From Coraliomargarita sp. (GTDB taxonomy: Bacteria; Verrucomicrobiota; Verrucomicrobiia; Opitutales; Coraliomargaritaceae): a stretch of DNA of 64,000 bases. The stretch is taken from contig OZ244160.1 of assembly GCA_965216325.1 (NCBI GenBank), positions 32,001 through 96,000 on the forward strand, read 5' to 3'. Position numbers and translations under genes: made by a program. This document shows, in pieces, positions 54,954 to 64,000 of the stretch (positions are counted from its first letter, which is position 1; each line of letters opens with the position of its first letter). The notes under the pieces were generated by a model. The model saw only the letters and a list, made by a program, of their open reading frames with translations, did not search any database and had not been told where the DNA came from.

Positions 54954-55787
54954 ATGTCAGAAGAATGGAAAATAGCCGCCTTTTATCACTTTGTCGAACT
55001 GCCTGATCGCGATGAATGGGCAGAGCGTATCGTTGACCATGGCTTGAAGGTCGGGCTGCGCGGCACCATTATTTTCGCGCACGAAGGGGTGAACTCGACC
55101 TGCGCGGGATCTGCAGAGGCGGTGGACTCGACGATTGCCTTGTTAAGGTCGGATCCGCGTCTCGCTGAAATGGAGGTGAAGTATTCTTACACGGATTTTT
55201 GTCCCTTTCCTAAGTTCAAGGTGAAGAAGAAGCCTGAGATTGTGACCTTCCGCCAAGGCGGAGCCGATCCGCGGGCCGAAGTGGGCACCTACTTGGAGCC
55301 GGATGAATGGAACGAGCTCATTGCCGACCCGGAGGTGATTACGATTGATACGCGCAATGACTACGAGGTGAAGTGTGGGCAGTTCAAGGGCGCGACCAAT
55401 CCCACGACGGATGATTTCGTCTCTTTTGCGCAATTCGTTGACGAGCAGCTCAAGGGCAAGGAAGACCAGAAGATTGCGATGTATTGCACTGGGGGCATTC
55501 GTTGTGAGCGCTCGACAGCCTACTTGAAGAGTAAGGGATTTAAGCACGTCTACCACCTTAAAGGGGGCATTTTGCGCTATTTGGAGCTGATGCCGAAGGA
55601 TCAGAGCCTCTGGGAGGGGGACTGTTTTGTTTTCGATTACCGTGTGGCAGTGGATCACGATTTGAAGCCAGCAATGTGGAAAATCGACCCAGAAACCAGC
55701 GATCCGGTGCCCATGGCGGACGATGAAAAAGACGTAATTGCCGAACGCCGCCGCTCTGGAGCGATTTTTCGGAAGCCGTATACCTAA
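54954..55787 (+). CDS. trhO: oxygen-dependent tRNA uridine(34) hydroxylase (rhodanese, YceA/TrhO)
   Basis: FYHF, EGVN, K.EIVT, IDTRNDYE..GQF.GA, MYCTGGIRCE, HLKGGIL.Y. Confidence 0.9.
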   Translation: MSEEWKIAAFYHFVELPDRDEWAERIVDHGLKVGLRGTIIFAHEGVNSTCAGSAEAVDSTIALLRSDPRLAEMEVKYSYTDFCPFPKFKVKKKPEIVTFRQGGADPRAEVGTYLEPDEWNELIADPEVITIDTRNDYEVKCGQFKGATNPTTDDFVSFAQFVDEQLKGKEDQKIAMYCTGGIRCERSTAYLKSKGFKHVYHLKGGILRYLELMPKDQSLWEGDCFVFDYRVAVDHDLKPAMWKIDPETSDPVPMADDEKDVIAERRRSGAIFRKPYT

Positions 55788-55955
55788 AAGAAGGCTGAGC
55801 CTTATCTCTGAGGTTGAGAGCGAGATTCAGTTGTCTGACTCAGGTTTCAAACTCAAGTTTCAGCCTTCAATGGTTTGACAGCTCCGTTAAAATAGAGCGT
55901 AAATTGCAGTTTAACGACAGTTGTCGTATTTTCTGATTACACACCCTATTCATTT

Positions 55956-56693
55956 ATGTTGTTTGCTGATTCCCGCACTCCGCGGCGCGTCTCTCGTCTG
56001 TCGACTACGTCTGGCTTTACTTTGATTGAATTACTCATGGTGATGGTCGTGGTCGCGATCTTATCAGCCATCCTGTTTGGTATTTCTACTGGCGTTAGGA
56101 ATTCGCAGAATAAGGCTCGAGCCAAAGCGGATTTGGCGGTGATCGCTCAAGCACTTGAGCAATTTAAGCTCAAGTATGGAGATTTTCCCTGGCACGATTC
56201 GAATGTGGGTGCTTATCCGTCTTACTCTGGAGATGATCCGGATGTATCGACGGGCGATGAGAATAAGACTAACACGATGCTACTCTATGCCTTGACGGGA
56301 CGCTTAAGTATGGAACGCCAGCCTGATGGTTCGATTGGCGTCGAGCTCATTAGTGATGATCTGGATAATGACGAAGTGATCCGACGTCCTAGTTTCATTG
56401 ATGCATCGAAGTTGAGTGTGGAATATGCAAAGCTTGCCGACGGCGAGGATGACCTGAATCGACCATACCTGATCCTGGATCCTTGGGGACAGCCTTATAA
56501 ATATTGGTATAAGTGGGAGAATACCGAAAATAACTCACCTACTCCAGTGTGGGAAGTCTTTGGCTATCACCTGTTTTCTAAAGGCGATGACCGCCTAGAA
56601 GATACGACCTTTATCAATGCGAACACTGGCGCTATCCAACCTGCTTACAAGGATGCGGAAGAAAACTTGGACAACATTTTTATCGGAGAATAA
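55956..56693 (+). CDS. prepilin-type major pseudopilin (GspG-like)
   Basis: G|FTLIELL, hydrophobic helix, ALEQFKLKYGDFP, DPWGQPY. Confidence 0.88.
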   Translation: MLFADSRTPRRVSRLSTTSGFTLIELLMVMVVVAILSAILFGISTGVRNSQNKARAKADLAVIAQALEQFKLKYGDFPWHDSNVGAYPSYSGDDPDVSTGDENKTNTMLLYALTGRLSMERQPDGSIGVELISDDLDNDEVIRRPSFIDASKLSVEYAKLADGEDDLNRPYLILDPWGQPYKYWYKWENTENNSPTPVWEVFGYHLFSKGDDRLEDTTFINANTGAIQPAYKDAEENLDNIFIGE

Positions 56694-56697
56694 TTAC

Positions 56698-57300
56698 ATG
56701 CAGAATAAACGTTTGAATAAGGGCTTTACGCTCATCGAATTACTCATGGTGATCGCCGTGATTGGCATTTTGGCTGGGATTCTCGTTCCCTCTATCGGCC
56801 TCGTGCAAGAGCGTGCCAAGATTGCTAAGTCGAAGATGCAGTTGTCCAACTATGTGAATGCAATACAGCTCTTTAAGTCTGAGTATAAGTATTATCCCTT
56901 CGTCACGACTGGCCAAGAGGAATACCGACTTGAAACCCCTGCCAACGCAGCCGATTTTATTGAAACGCTCTCTGGACGTGATCCACTGACAGGTGACCGT
57001 GTGGCTACTGGTGGCAATCGTCGCAAGCAATCCTTCCATACCTTTGGCGAAAGTGAGTTCTTCACCAACCCGGACAGCGACTTGGTCGAGCGTAATCGCA
57101 TAGCCGATGCCTTCAACAATATCAACATCGTGGTCGTCATCGATGAGGATGGGGATGGCTTCGTGGAGCCAAACCCGTCTGGTGCATTTGAGGGCGGAGA
57201 CGTTCCGGTTGGTGGTATCAAGACACCGATCACGATGTATGTAGATGTTGATCCAAATCCGCTGGGGGATGGCAATCCAACCTACGGCTTGTGGGATTAA
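56698..57300 (+). CDS. prepilin-type (pseudo)pilin
   Basis: KG|FTLIELLMVIAVIGILAGIL.P, FKSEYKYYP, DAFNN. Confidence 0.88.
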   Translation: MQNKRLNKGFTLIELLMVIAVIGILAGILVPSIGLVQERAKIAKSKMQLSNYVNAIQLFKSEYKYYPFVTTGQEEYRLETPANAADFIETLSGRDPLTGDRVATGGNRRKQSFHTFGESEFFTNPDSDLVERNRIADAFNNINIVVVIDEDGDGFVEPNPSGAFEGGDVPVGGIKTPITMYVDVDPNPLGDGNPTYGLWD

Positions 57301-57320
57301 TTACCTTGAATTCAAATACG

Positions 57321-57983
57321 ATGAGAAAAACAGCCACTCAGTCTGGTTTTACCATAATCGAGTTATTGGTCGTCATTGCGCTGATACTCGTCGCGTCGTC
57401 TTTAATCTTCATCGGTGGCGGAGGAGGGGATGGTGCGGCCTTGACCGCATCGCAACGTATCGTCTCCGGAGTCGCTAAAGGAGCCCGCTCTCAAGCGATT
57501 CTGAAGAACGCCAAGGCACGCTTGATCATTCACAACGATCCGAGTGAACCGGAGAAGTATCTCCGTTTGTTTGGTATCATTTACGAGAGCACAGACCCAG
57601 CCACGGCTGGTCAGTGGATTGCGGGCACTCAAGGCACCTTGTTGCCGGAAGGCATCTATTTTGATCCTGAGCGCAGCCAAAATGCGTTGAGCAGTAGTTG
57701 GAGTGATGCGCGCAGAACTCAGATCGAGTTTCCTCGTGCAGTTCCGAAGCCTCTGAACTCCGGCACCGAATTTTACCACTACGAGTTCAATAGCAACGGC
57801 ACCATGGCCTCAAACTTCTCGAACTCGGTCTTGGCCATCCGTGCGGGCACATTGAAGCCGGAGGGAGACTCCTACACGATTGATTTTACTGAAGAGGCTA
57901 AAGAGTCTTTGATTTCTGCGCTCATTTTTCGACGCATCGGCACCTCGACTTTGGTCACAGATCCTGCTGCAATTGTAGATTAA
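57321..57983 (+). CDS. minor pilin (GspH/FimT-like; resembles Verru_Chthon cassette D)
   Basis: SG|FTIIELL, ARSQAI, FNSNG. Confidence 0.8.
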   Translation: MRKTATQSGFTIIELLVVIALILVASSLIFIGGGGGDGAALTASQRIVSGVAKGARSQAILKNAKARLIIHNDPSEPEKYLRLFGIIYESTDPATAGQWIAGTQGTLLPEGIYFDPERSQNALSSSWSDARRTQIEFPRAVPKPLNSGTEFYHYEFNSNGTMASNFSNSVLAIRAGTLKPEGDSYTIDFTEEAKESLISALIFRRIGTSTLVTDPAAIVD

Positions 57984-58006
57984 TTTAACTCACATAAATA
58001 AAGCGT

Positions 58007-58669
58007 ATGTATCATCGAATCTCTTTTTCCACGATGCGGAAACACGCCTTCACCTTGGTTGAAGTCGTCTTAGCGCTGGGTATTTTTCTGGTTACCGTCT
58101 TGGCTCTGGTTGGCTTGCTCGGGCCGACGCTGAAGTCGGTCTCCGATGTTGAGGACTCCGATGAGGTGATCAGTGTCGTCAATACCTTGAACGCATTCCT
58201 GCAAAACTCGCCTGAGATTGCCACTCCAACTACTAGCAAATTTGAGGAAATATACAATTCGGTTTACTTAGACTCTGAAGCTGCTGCCACTGTGTTTGTA
58301 TTTAAGTCGTATGTTAGTGATCCTCCCCCTTCTGGCGATCTTCCTCCTATTGGTATCACTATTGGGTTTGAGGATACGCTACAGGCCTCAGATTTCAACT
58401 TAGCTGCAGGTCAAATTTATCGAGTTGTGCTATCAGCGTCATCGGTGACTCCAGTGACTTTGCGCTCACCAGAACGGAATGGAAGCGGCGTGTATACATT
58501 GAACCAAGCTTACAATGCATACCCTGAAGGTTACTTTGCAATGGAAGCACGGATTTTTTCTCGTGAGCAAGACATGCAGGCAGTCAACGAAAGCATGCCT
58601 ACGGTAGAACTGCAAGATTTGGCTAAGGAGGAACCGATTTTCACCTACAACACTGCGATCGTTCGCTAA
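58007..58669 (+). CDS. minor pilin (GspI/PilV-like; resembles Verru_Chthon cassette B)
   Basis: A|FTLVEVVLALGI...LVGLL. Confidence 0.8.
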   Translation: MYHRISFSTMRKHAFTLVEVVLALGIFLVTVLALVGLLGPTLKSVSDVEDSDEVISVVNTLNAFLQNSPEIATPTTSKFEEIYNSVYLDSEAAATVFVFKSYVSDPPPSGDLPPIGITIGFEDTLQASDFNLAAGQIYRVVLSASSVTPVTLRSPERNGSGVYTLNQAYNAYPEGYFAMEARIFSREQDMQAVNESMPTVELQDLAKEEPIFTYNTAIVR

Positions 58670-58693
58670 CAATGACACTTGAGAATATCGCCA

Positions 58694-59674
58694 ATGATTC
58701 AGACAAAGAAAACATCTGCATTCACGCTTATTGAGGTGATGGTCGCCACCGTCATCATGGTGATCCTTGTGGGGATGGTCATCACGATTACGGGTCGCGT
58801 CTTGGACGTCTGGACTAAATCGTCTGGTAAACTATCGGCGAATGCCGAGGCACGCATCGCGTTGGAGTTGCTGACTCAGGATCTGGAGACGGCGGTTTTC
58901 AGAAACAATGGCCAACAGTGGTTGCGCGTGGATGGTCCGGAAGATACAGCTAATAAGTCGAACTATGAGTCGCAGACAGTTGCGCTGAAATTATTTACCC
59001 CGTCGTTAAATCGGAGTAAGCGGGATTCTAATGATGATCCTATTCCGGGAGATGTTTGTGCGGTAGCCTATCGCTTGGAGTATAAGGAGGCTTATACAGG
59101 GGCTACTGATAAAGTATATGCCTTGTATCGTTCAATTGCACGAGCCGACGACACCTTCAATTATGCCCTAGGTTCTAACTCTCAAGGAACGGATAGCCCG
59201 CAACTAGATTTAGTTAAAGGAGGTGGCGCTGGAAGTGCTGTAAGCATGCCTGCTCGCCCTGCGGAAGGCCAGTTGGCCGGTGACTTTTGGGATGAAAATA
59301 ATATTCTCCAGTCTGGGAATTATCTCGCCTCCAATATTGTTGATTTTCAGGTTTTTATCTACGAGCAGGATCCTGACGATGCGACTCAGGCTAAACTGAT
59401 GAATGCGGACTCAGGCTATAAACTGATTGATGGTCAGGACTACATATATGGAGGGTCGGCAGAGGACACATCTAATCCCGGTTCGACTACGCCATATAAT
59501 ACCGGACGCTTACTCTATGCAGACATCGTGCTCAAGGTCGTTTCCGATGAAGGCTTGGAGATCTTATCGCTGCCTACATTGGCGGGCACAGACTTCGCAG
59601 ATGCGGATGCGGTGATATTGGAGCATGGCCAAACCTTCACTCGTCGCGTATATTTCCCTGCGAGTCCTCTGTAG
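58694..59674 (+). CDS. minor pilin (GspJ/PilW-like; resembles Verru_Chthon cassette C)
   Basis: A|FTLIEVMVA, EARIALELLTQDL, VAYRL, LASNIVDFQV. Confidence 0.8.
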   Translation: MIQTKKTSAFTLIEVMVATVIMVILVGMVITITGRVLDVWTKSSGKLSANAEARIALELLTQDLETAVFRNNGQQWLRVDGPEDTANKSNYESQTVALKLFTPSLNRSKRDSNDDPIPGDVCAVAYRLEYKEAYTGATDKVYALYRSIARADDTFNYALGSNSQGTDSPQLDLVKGGGAGSAVSMPARPAEGQLAGDFWDENNILQSGNYLASNIVDFQVFIYEQDPDDATQAKLMNADSGYKLIDGQDYIYGGSAEDTSNPGSTTPYNTGRLLYADIVLKVVSDEGLEILSLPTLAGTDFADADAVILEHGQTFTRRVYFPASPL

Positions 59675-59697
59675 GCGTTTGTCTCGATTTTCTTTCG

Positions 59698-59726
59698 AAG
59701 CCCAGAGTTCATCTCCGGGCTTTTTT
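59698..59726 (+). terminator. terminator closing the pilin cluster
   Basis: AAGCCC..GGGCTTTTTT. Confidence 0.6.
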
Positions 59727-60015
59727 GTGGGTCCATCTTCGATTACGGGCCCATTGTCCCGTTCGTTTTTGATTCGGAACTCAGTGAGTTCACTGTCGGA
59801 AGAGCTGCTCTTATATGTAATTGAAGAAGGTTTGTCCTTTTCGATCGGCAAGCTTGGTAGCGCAGGAGCCTCTCTTCGAGTCCGAGCGGGGCTCGCCTCA
59901 GGGGCGAGGACCGGCTCCGCACGAACGTGTGGAACTGTCGTTTACCACGCGGAGGTGCGCACCGAGACGGTGCGAATGGCACTAGCTTAAGAGCATTTAA
60001 GCGAGGTATAGCTTG

Positions 60016-60193
60016 GTAGGGCAGTCTCGCCGAGACTGCCGCCTGTCCGGCGTAGCCTTAGCGAAGACGGGTTCGCTAAGATGACGCGCTCCTCAATATG
60101 TTTAGGATGGCGCATTGGTCCAGCTTAGCAATCCACATTGCTAGGGAATTCCGAATCGTTTGCCGAACGGTCGCCTCGGCGAAGCGACCCTAC
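60016..60193. repeat. long REP-like palindromic element
   Basis: GTAGGGCAGTCTCGCCGAGACTGCC ... GGTCGCCTCGGCGAAGCGACCCTAC. Confidence 0.65.
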
Positions 60194-60369
60194 CTTAAAG
60201 AAGCCGCAAGCAACTCAAGCTCACCTTAAGGTTTAAGGTAGTGACATTCGAGACGGTGCTACGCTCCCCAGTCAAACCTTCTTTAAAATGGTATTCGCTC
60301 GTTACAGGTCAGTTCTACGGGGAGTTGAAGTAATGCCTGCTGAAGCCTGCAATCGGCTAATGGATATCT

Positions 60370-60444
60370 GTAGGGGCGCGACTTGACGCGCCCGCACGTT
60401 TGAGCTGCTTAGCCGCATGGCGGGCGCGTCAAGTCGCGCCCCCT
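60370..60444. repeat. REP/REPIN-like palindrome, copy 2
   Basis: same arms as 39216-39293, different spacer. Confidence 0.85.
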
Positions 60445-60449
60445 AAGAT

Positions 60450-62579
60450 TTACTGTCCCTGTGCTTTGCGCATTGCACGCTCGGCGTCGTCCATGCGTTG
60501 TAGCTTCTGATAGGCCAACGATAGATTATACCATGCGCGGTAGAAGTCGGGTGCCAGCGCCACGGTTTCTTCCAGATAGCCGACCGCCGTATCTAAGTCG
60601 TTCTCTTCAGCCGCGAGCAGACCGAGCGAGTAGGGGAACATTGGGTTGGTGCCGTCGAGTGCCCAGCCGGACTTCAAATAGCGCTCCGCATCGCTATTTA
60701 GACCAGCGGTGCTCAGCAGGATTGCGCACTGGCGATAGATCTCGCTGTTTTTACTATCGTAGAGCACCGCACGAGCGACATACTTATGCAGGTCGGCGGG
60801 GCGGCCTTCCTTACTGGCACGCATGGCGAGAATCATCAGGCTTTGCGGGCGATCGATGTTAAATTGCAGGTAATCTTCCCACTCTTTGGATGCTAGCGGT
60901 GCGTCGATTTCGTGCCCGAGACTTTCCATGCCCAGTGCAGCTGCAATACGCACGGACCCTAATTGGTCGCTGAGTCGATCCTTGAGTATCGGGCTGGCTT
61001 CGTTCACGCCAGCGAGTGCGTTGACAGCGTTGGCACGAACGATCGATGTTTCATGCTCGGTCATTTGGGTGATCCATGCCAGTGCTTCCTCATTGGGCAG
61101 GTAGTTGGCCATGAGTGCGGTGTAGGTCGCGATCCATGCGGGAATGTCTTCTTTCTTTGCAAGGTCGAGTAGTTGTTCAAGACCTTCGGGCTCATACGCG
61201 TGAGCCGCAGCCAGTGCACGTGCACGTGCTCGTTGAGGACTTGAGGCTAGTTTGTCGCCATACCATTTTTCAGACCATTCAACGGCCCATTCGAGGCTCT
61301 CTTCGGTATGGCACTTACTGCAAGCATTCGGAATGCCAAGCTCTTGGGTCATCAATGGATCGGGATGGTGGAAGCCATGATCCGCACGCGGATCGATTTC
61401 CATATACTTGGTCTTGGGCATATGGCATTCGACGCAACGGTTGCCAGTGCTGCCTTCCGCGTGAAAACTATGCTCAGTAGGGATGATGATCGGTGCTTCG
61501 TCGGCTCCTGACTCATGGCATTTCATGCAGAGCATATTGTTTTCGACCGGAAGCACATTCTCCAGAGTGTGTGGATTGTGGCAATCCATGCATTGCACGC
61601 CCTTATGGTGCATGCGACTCATGTGGAAGGATCCATAGACGAAGACCTCGTCGAGAATCTGTCCGTCGTGATAGTAGAGTCCAGGCTGGCTGGGGAGTGC
61701 GAGGTTGAAATGATCGAAATACTCGTCGCCCACTTCAAATGCATCCGGTGTTAATTGGTCGCGGCGAGAGTGGCAGGTCGCACAGTTTTGCATGGCTGCC
61801 TGCTCGGAGAGCCGTTCCACGATGCCATCTTCAGGACGGCCCGCTTTGGCTGCTTTAACGTGTTGCTCCAAGTTGCCATGACACTCTGCACAGGCGATGC
61901 CCTGCTGTACCCATGTGGAGTGATAGCTGTTCGACTCGAAGTCATAGCCCTTGGAATACTCAGTCGTATGGCAATAGGCACAATTTGAATTCCAATTCAT
62001 GCCTTGTCCGGCCCAGTGGCCCCATTCGCCGGGCATACGATTCTGGCCTTGGTAGACGTCGAACCATTCGTCGTTGATCACATCATAGGATGCACTGATG
62101 GTCTGGAATTTCTTTCCGGGCGTCATTGCCAGATACTGGCGCAGCGGTGTGTAGGCGATGACGCCGACCAGGTCGTAGGTTTGCGTGACTTGCTCCGTTT
62201 CCTTATCGAGCACGCGGAGCAGGAATTTTTCGCCCTCGAGTGCCATCTCGTAGATGACCCCGGATTCCTCAATTCGACGTGTTGGCGTGAAGGCTGCACG
62301 GTCTTGCTCTAGGGAAACCGGGCGGTTGGCCTTGGCGTGGTGGCTCTTTTTCCAGTCTTCGACCGCGTCTTCGTGGCATTCGACGCAGGCATCCGGGCCG
62401 ATTTTGAGCTGGCGTTGAAGGTTGTGCGAAACCGGGAAGGGGACGTCCGCGACACCCGGGCTGCGCTGGCTAGCTTCATAGCCGGCATCGTTCTCTTTGC
62501 CACAGCCTGTGAGGAGTGTGAGAAGGCTCAGACAGAGTGCCAAATAGGTGTGTGTGCTGCGAGGGGCAGAATCAATCAT
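60450..62579 (-). CDS. octaheme c-type cytochrome lipoprotein with HEAT and TPR repeats
   Basis: lipobox LTGC; 8 CxxCH motifs (CVECH, CAYCH, CAECH, CATCH, CMDCH, CMKCH, CVECH, CSKCH); VRANAVNAL and VRIAAAL HEAT; AWYNLSLAY TPR. Confidence 0.9.
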   Translation of the reverse strand: MIDSAPRSTHTYLALCLSLLTLLTGCGKENDAGYEASQRSPGVADVPFPVSHNLQRQLKIGPDACVECHEDAVEDWKKSHHAKANRPVSLEQDRAAFTPTRRIEESGVIYEMALEGEKFLLRVLDKETEQVTQTYDLVGVIAYTPLRQYLAMTPGKKFQTISASYDVINDEWFDVYQGQNRMPGEWGHWAGQGMNWNSNCAYCHTTEYSKGYDFESNSYHSTWVQQGIACAECHGNLEQHVKAAKAGRPEDGIVERLSEQAAMQNCATCHSRRDQLTPDAFEVGDEYFDHFNLALPSQPGLYYHDGQILDEVFVYGSFHMSRMHHKGVQCMDCHNPHTLENVLPVENNMLCMKCHESGADEAPIIIPTEHSFHAEGSTGNRCVECHMPKTKYMEIDPRADHGFHHPDPLMTQELGIPNACSKCHTEESLEWAVEWSEKWYGDKLASSPQRARARALAAAHAYEPEGLEQLLDLAKKEDIPAWIATYTALMANYLPNEEALAWITQMTEHETSIVRANAVNALAGVNEASPILKDRLSDQLGSVRIAAALGMESLGHEIDAPLASKEWEDYLQFNIDRPQSLMILAMRASKEGRPADLHKYVARAVLYDSKNSEIYRQCAILLSTAGLNSDAERYLKSGWALDGTNPMFPYSLGLLAAEENDLDTAVGYLEETVALAPDFYRAWYNLSLAYQKLQRMDDAERAMRKAQGQ

Positions 62580-62684
62580 GCGGGTATCTTTGCAGATGCT
62601 AAATTTGCGTCAAGGTTCATGGATGGGTAGAAAAGGCTTAGCAAAGGCTTGATCGCGGGCTGCAGGTTGCAATGCTAACGCCCA

Positions 62685-64000
62685 ATGTTCAAAAAGCTGT
62701 TTTGGGTGCTGTTCGGCATGTTGGCCGGTGTCGCACTGCTACCATACCTCTTGATACCCCAGCCACCCATGCCACAGGGCACCAACCTGAGCAGTGGGAG
62801 CTATGGCTATCAGCAGGCGAAATTACTGATTGATCGGACCTATCAGGCGGATGTAGCCGAAGCGATTCAGACACGGCATGAGGTTTTTGATGCCATTCTG
62901 AGTGAAATTCAGCGCGCGGATGAATTCATTATAGTCGACTTCTTTTTGTGGAATCCGTGGCTCGGCGGTCTTGAGCAAGATGAGCGTATGCGCAACTTAT
63001 CGGGCGAATTAGCTCAGGCACTGATTGCCAAACGTATCCAGAATCCGGATATACCGATCTTGGTGCTGACCGATCCGATTAATCGAATCTATGGCGACCA
63101 CCTTGCGGAACCATTAAAAGCCCTTGAGGCGGCTGGGCTGCCACTACTGTTTACGGATCTGACCCAGTTGCCGGATTCGAATCGTTTGTATGCCGCGCAG
63201 GTGAATTTCTGGGGCAAGTATTTCAAATTTGGTGAGTCGATGGCGTTGCCCAACCCGTTTGATGGCGAGGGAGACTCGCTTAGTCTCAGTGAATTTGGCC
63301 GTTTATTGTATTTTAAGGCCAACCACCGGAAAGTGCTGATCACCAAGCGGGCGGGGCAGGAGCCGCGTTTGCTGATTGGCAGTCTGAATCCGGCCGATGG
63401 GAGTGCGAACCATTCAAACATCGCTTTATTGGTGGATGGTCCAATTGCGACCTATGCGGCACAATCGGAGCTCGCAATTGCCGAGTGGTCGAGTGCAGGC
63501 GATGCAGCTGCGAAGCGCGTAATTAAAGGGGTTCGTGCACGTTTACCAATTTTGAAGGAAGCTAGTGTGCATGTGGGCAATCAACCCACTGCCGCTTGGC
63601 GTAGTGAGGGGGCCATCCGCGATGAAATTATCCGACAGTTGGCGCGCACGGGAAAAGACAGTCGTATTGATATTGCATTGTTTTATTTGTCCGAACGCAC
63701 AGTTATCGAAGCGATTCGCGCAGCGAGTTCTCGCGGGGCGCGTGTTCGTCTTTTGTTGGATGCGAATCGTGATGCCTTTGGTCGACAGAAGACTGGTGTC
63801 CCGAATCGCCCAGTTGCGGCTGAACTAATTCAGTCTGGTTGCGAGGTGCGTTGGGCGGCGACCCATGGCGAGCAATTTCACTCAAAAGTGCTGCGTATTC
63901 GTGAAGCACGAGGCGATGTGCTCTTCCTGGGCTCCGCCAATTGGACGCGCCGTAATATCGGCAATTACAATCTAGAAGCCAATGTGTTGTTGGAAAATGC
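62685..64000 (+). CDS. phospholipase D superfamily protein, partial at the window edge
   Basis: open frame from ATG 62685 with N-terminal TM; KANHRKVL..GSLNP and FHSKVL..GSANWTRRN. Confidence 0.88.
   Translation, partial: MFKKLFWVLFGMLAGVALLPYLLIPQPPMPQGTNLSSGSYGYQQAKLLIDRTYQADVAEAIQTRHEVFDAILSEIQRADEFIIVDFFLWNPWLGGLEQDERMRNLSGELAQALIAKRIQNPDIPILVLTDPINRIYGDHLAEPLKALEAAGLPLLFTDLTQLPDSNRLYAAQVNFWGKYFKFGESMALPNPFDGEGDSLSLSEFGRLLYFKANHRKVLITKRAGQEPRLLIGSLNPADGSANHSNIALLVDGPIATYAAQSELAIAEWSSAGDAAAKRVIKGVRARLPILKEASVHVGNQPTAAWRSEGAIRDEIIRQLARTGKDSRIDIALFYLSERTVIEAIRAASSRGARVRLLLDANRDAFGRQKTGVPNRPVAAELIQSGCEVRWAATHGEQFHSKVLRIREARGDVLFLGSANWTRRNIGNYNLEANVLLEN

Noticed and set aside
59743..59982. 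Arg-rich 79-aa ORF after the pilin cluster
   Set aside because: No motif or RBS support; may be spurious or a remnant

Overview
Chromosomal window, inferred from gene content and protein styles to be from a marine-type Verrucomicrobiota bacterium (Opitutales/Puniceicoccales, Coraliomargarita/Lentimonas-like). Left to right: (1) cbb3-type cytochrome c oxidase operon (ccoS-ccoNO fusion-ccoQ-ccoP-ccoG), led by an unusual Cys-rich protein and divergent from a PocR-domain AraC regulator; (2) L-fucose uptake/isomerisation genes fucP-fucI-fucU with an AraC regulator; (3) two clusters of gene fragments (about 12.0-12.8 kb and 16.1-17.6 kb), the second with very strong G+T strand bias; (4) two sugar oxidoreductase clusters (DoxX/Tat-Gfo/discoidin lipoprotein; MFS/Gfo/ankyrin/DUF1080/TIM barrel); (5) housekeeping genes (gcvH, a catalytically degenerate thymidine-phosphorylase-like protein, efp, serA, plsY, hom, ugd, rpsT, mazG, uppS-cdsA-dxr-rseP-ispG, rpsP-trmD-rplS, a DEAD-box helicase, trhO); (6) a frameshifted AsmA-like gene, five prepilin-type genes, an octaheme HEAT/TPR lipoprotein and a PLD-family gene running off the right end. 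Intergenic spaces hold many REP-like palindromes and inverted short-period degenerate repeats. I found no rRNA, tRNA, CRISPR array or transposase. All calls rest on motif recognition by eye; no searches were run. Starts were moved from the ORF track where a more plausible start codon was visible.
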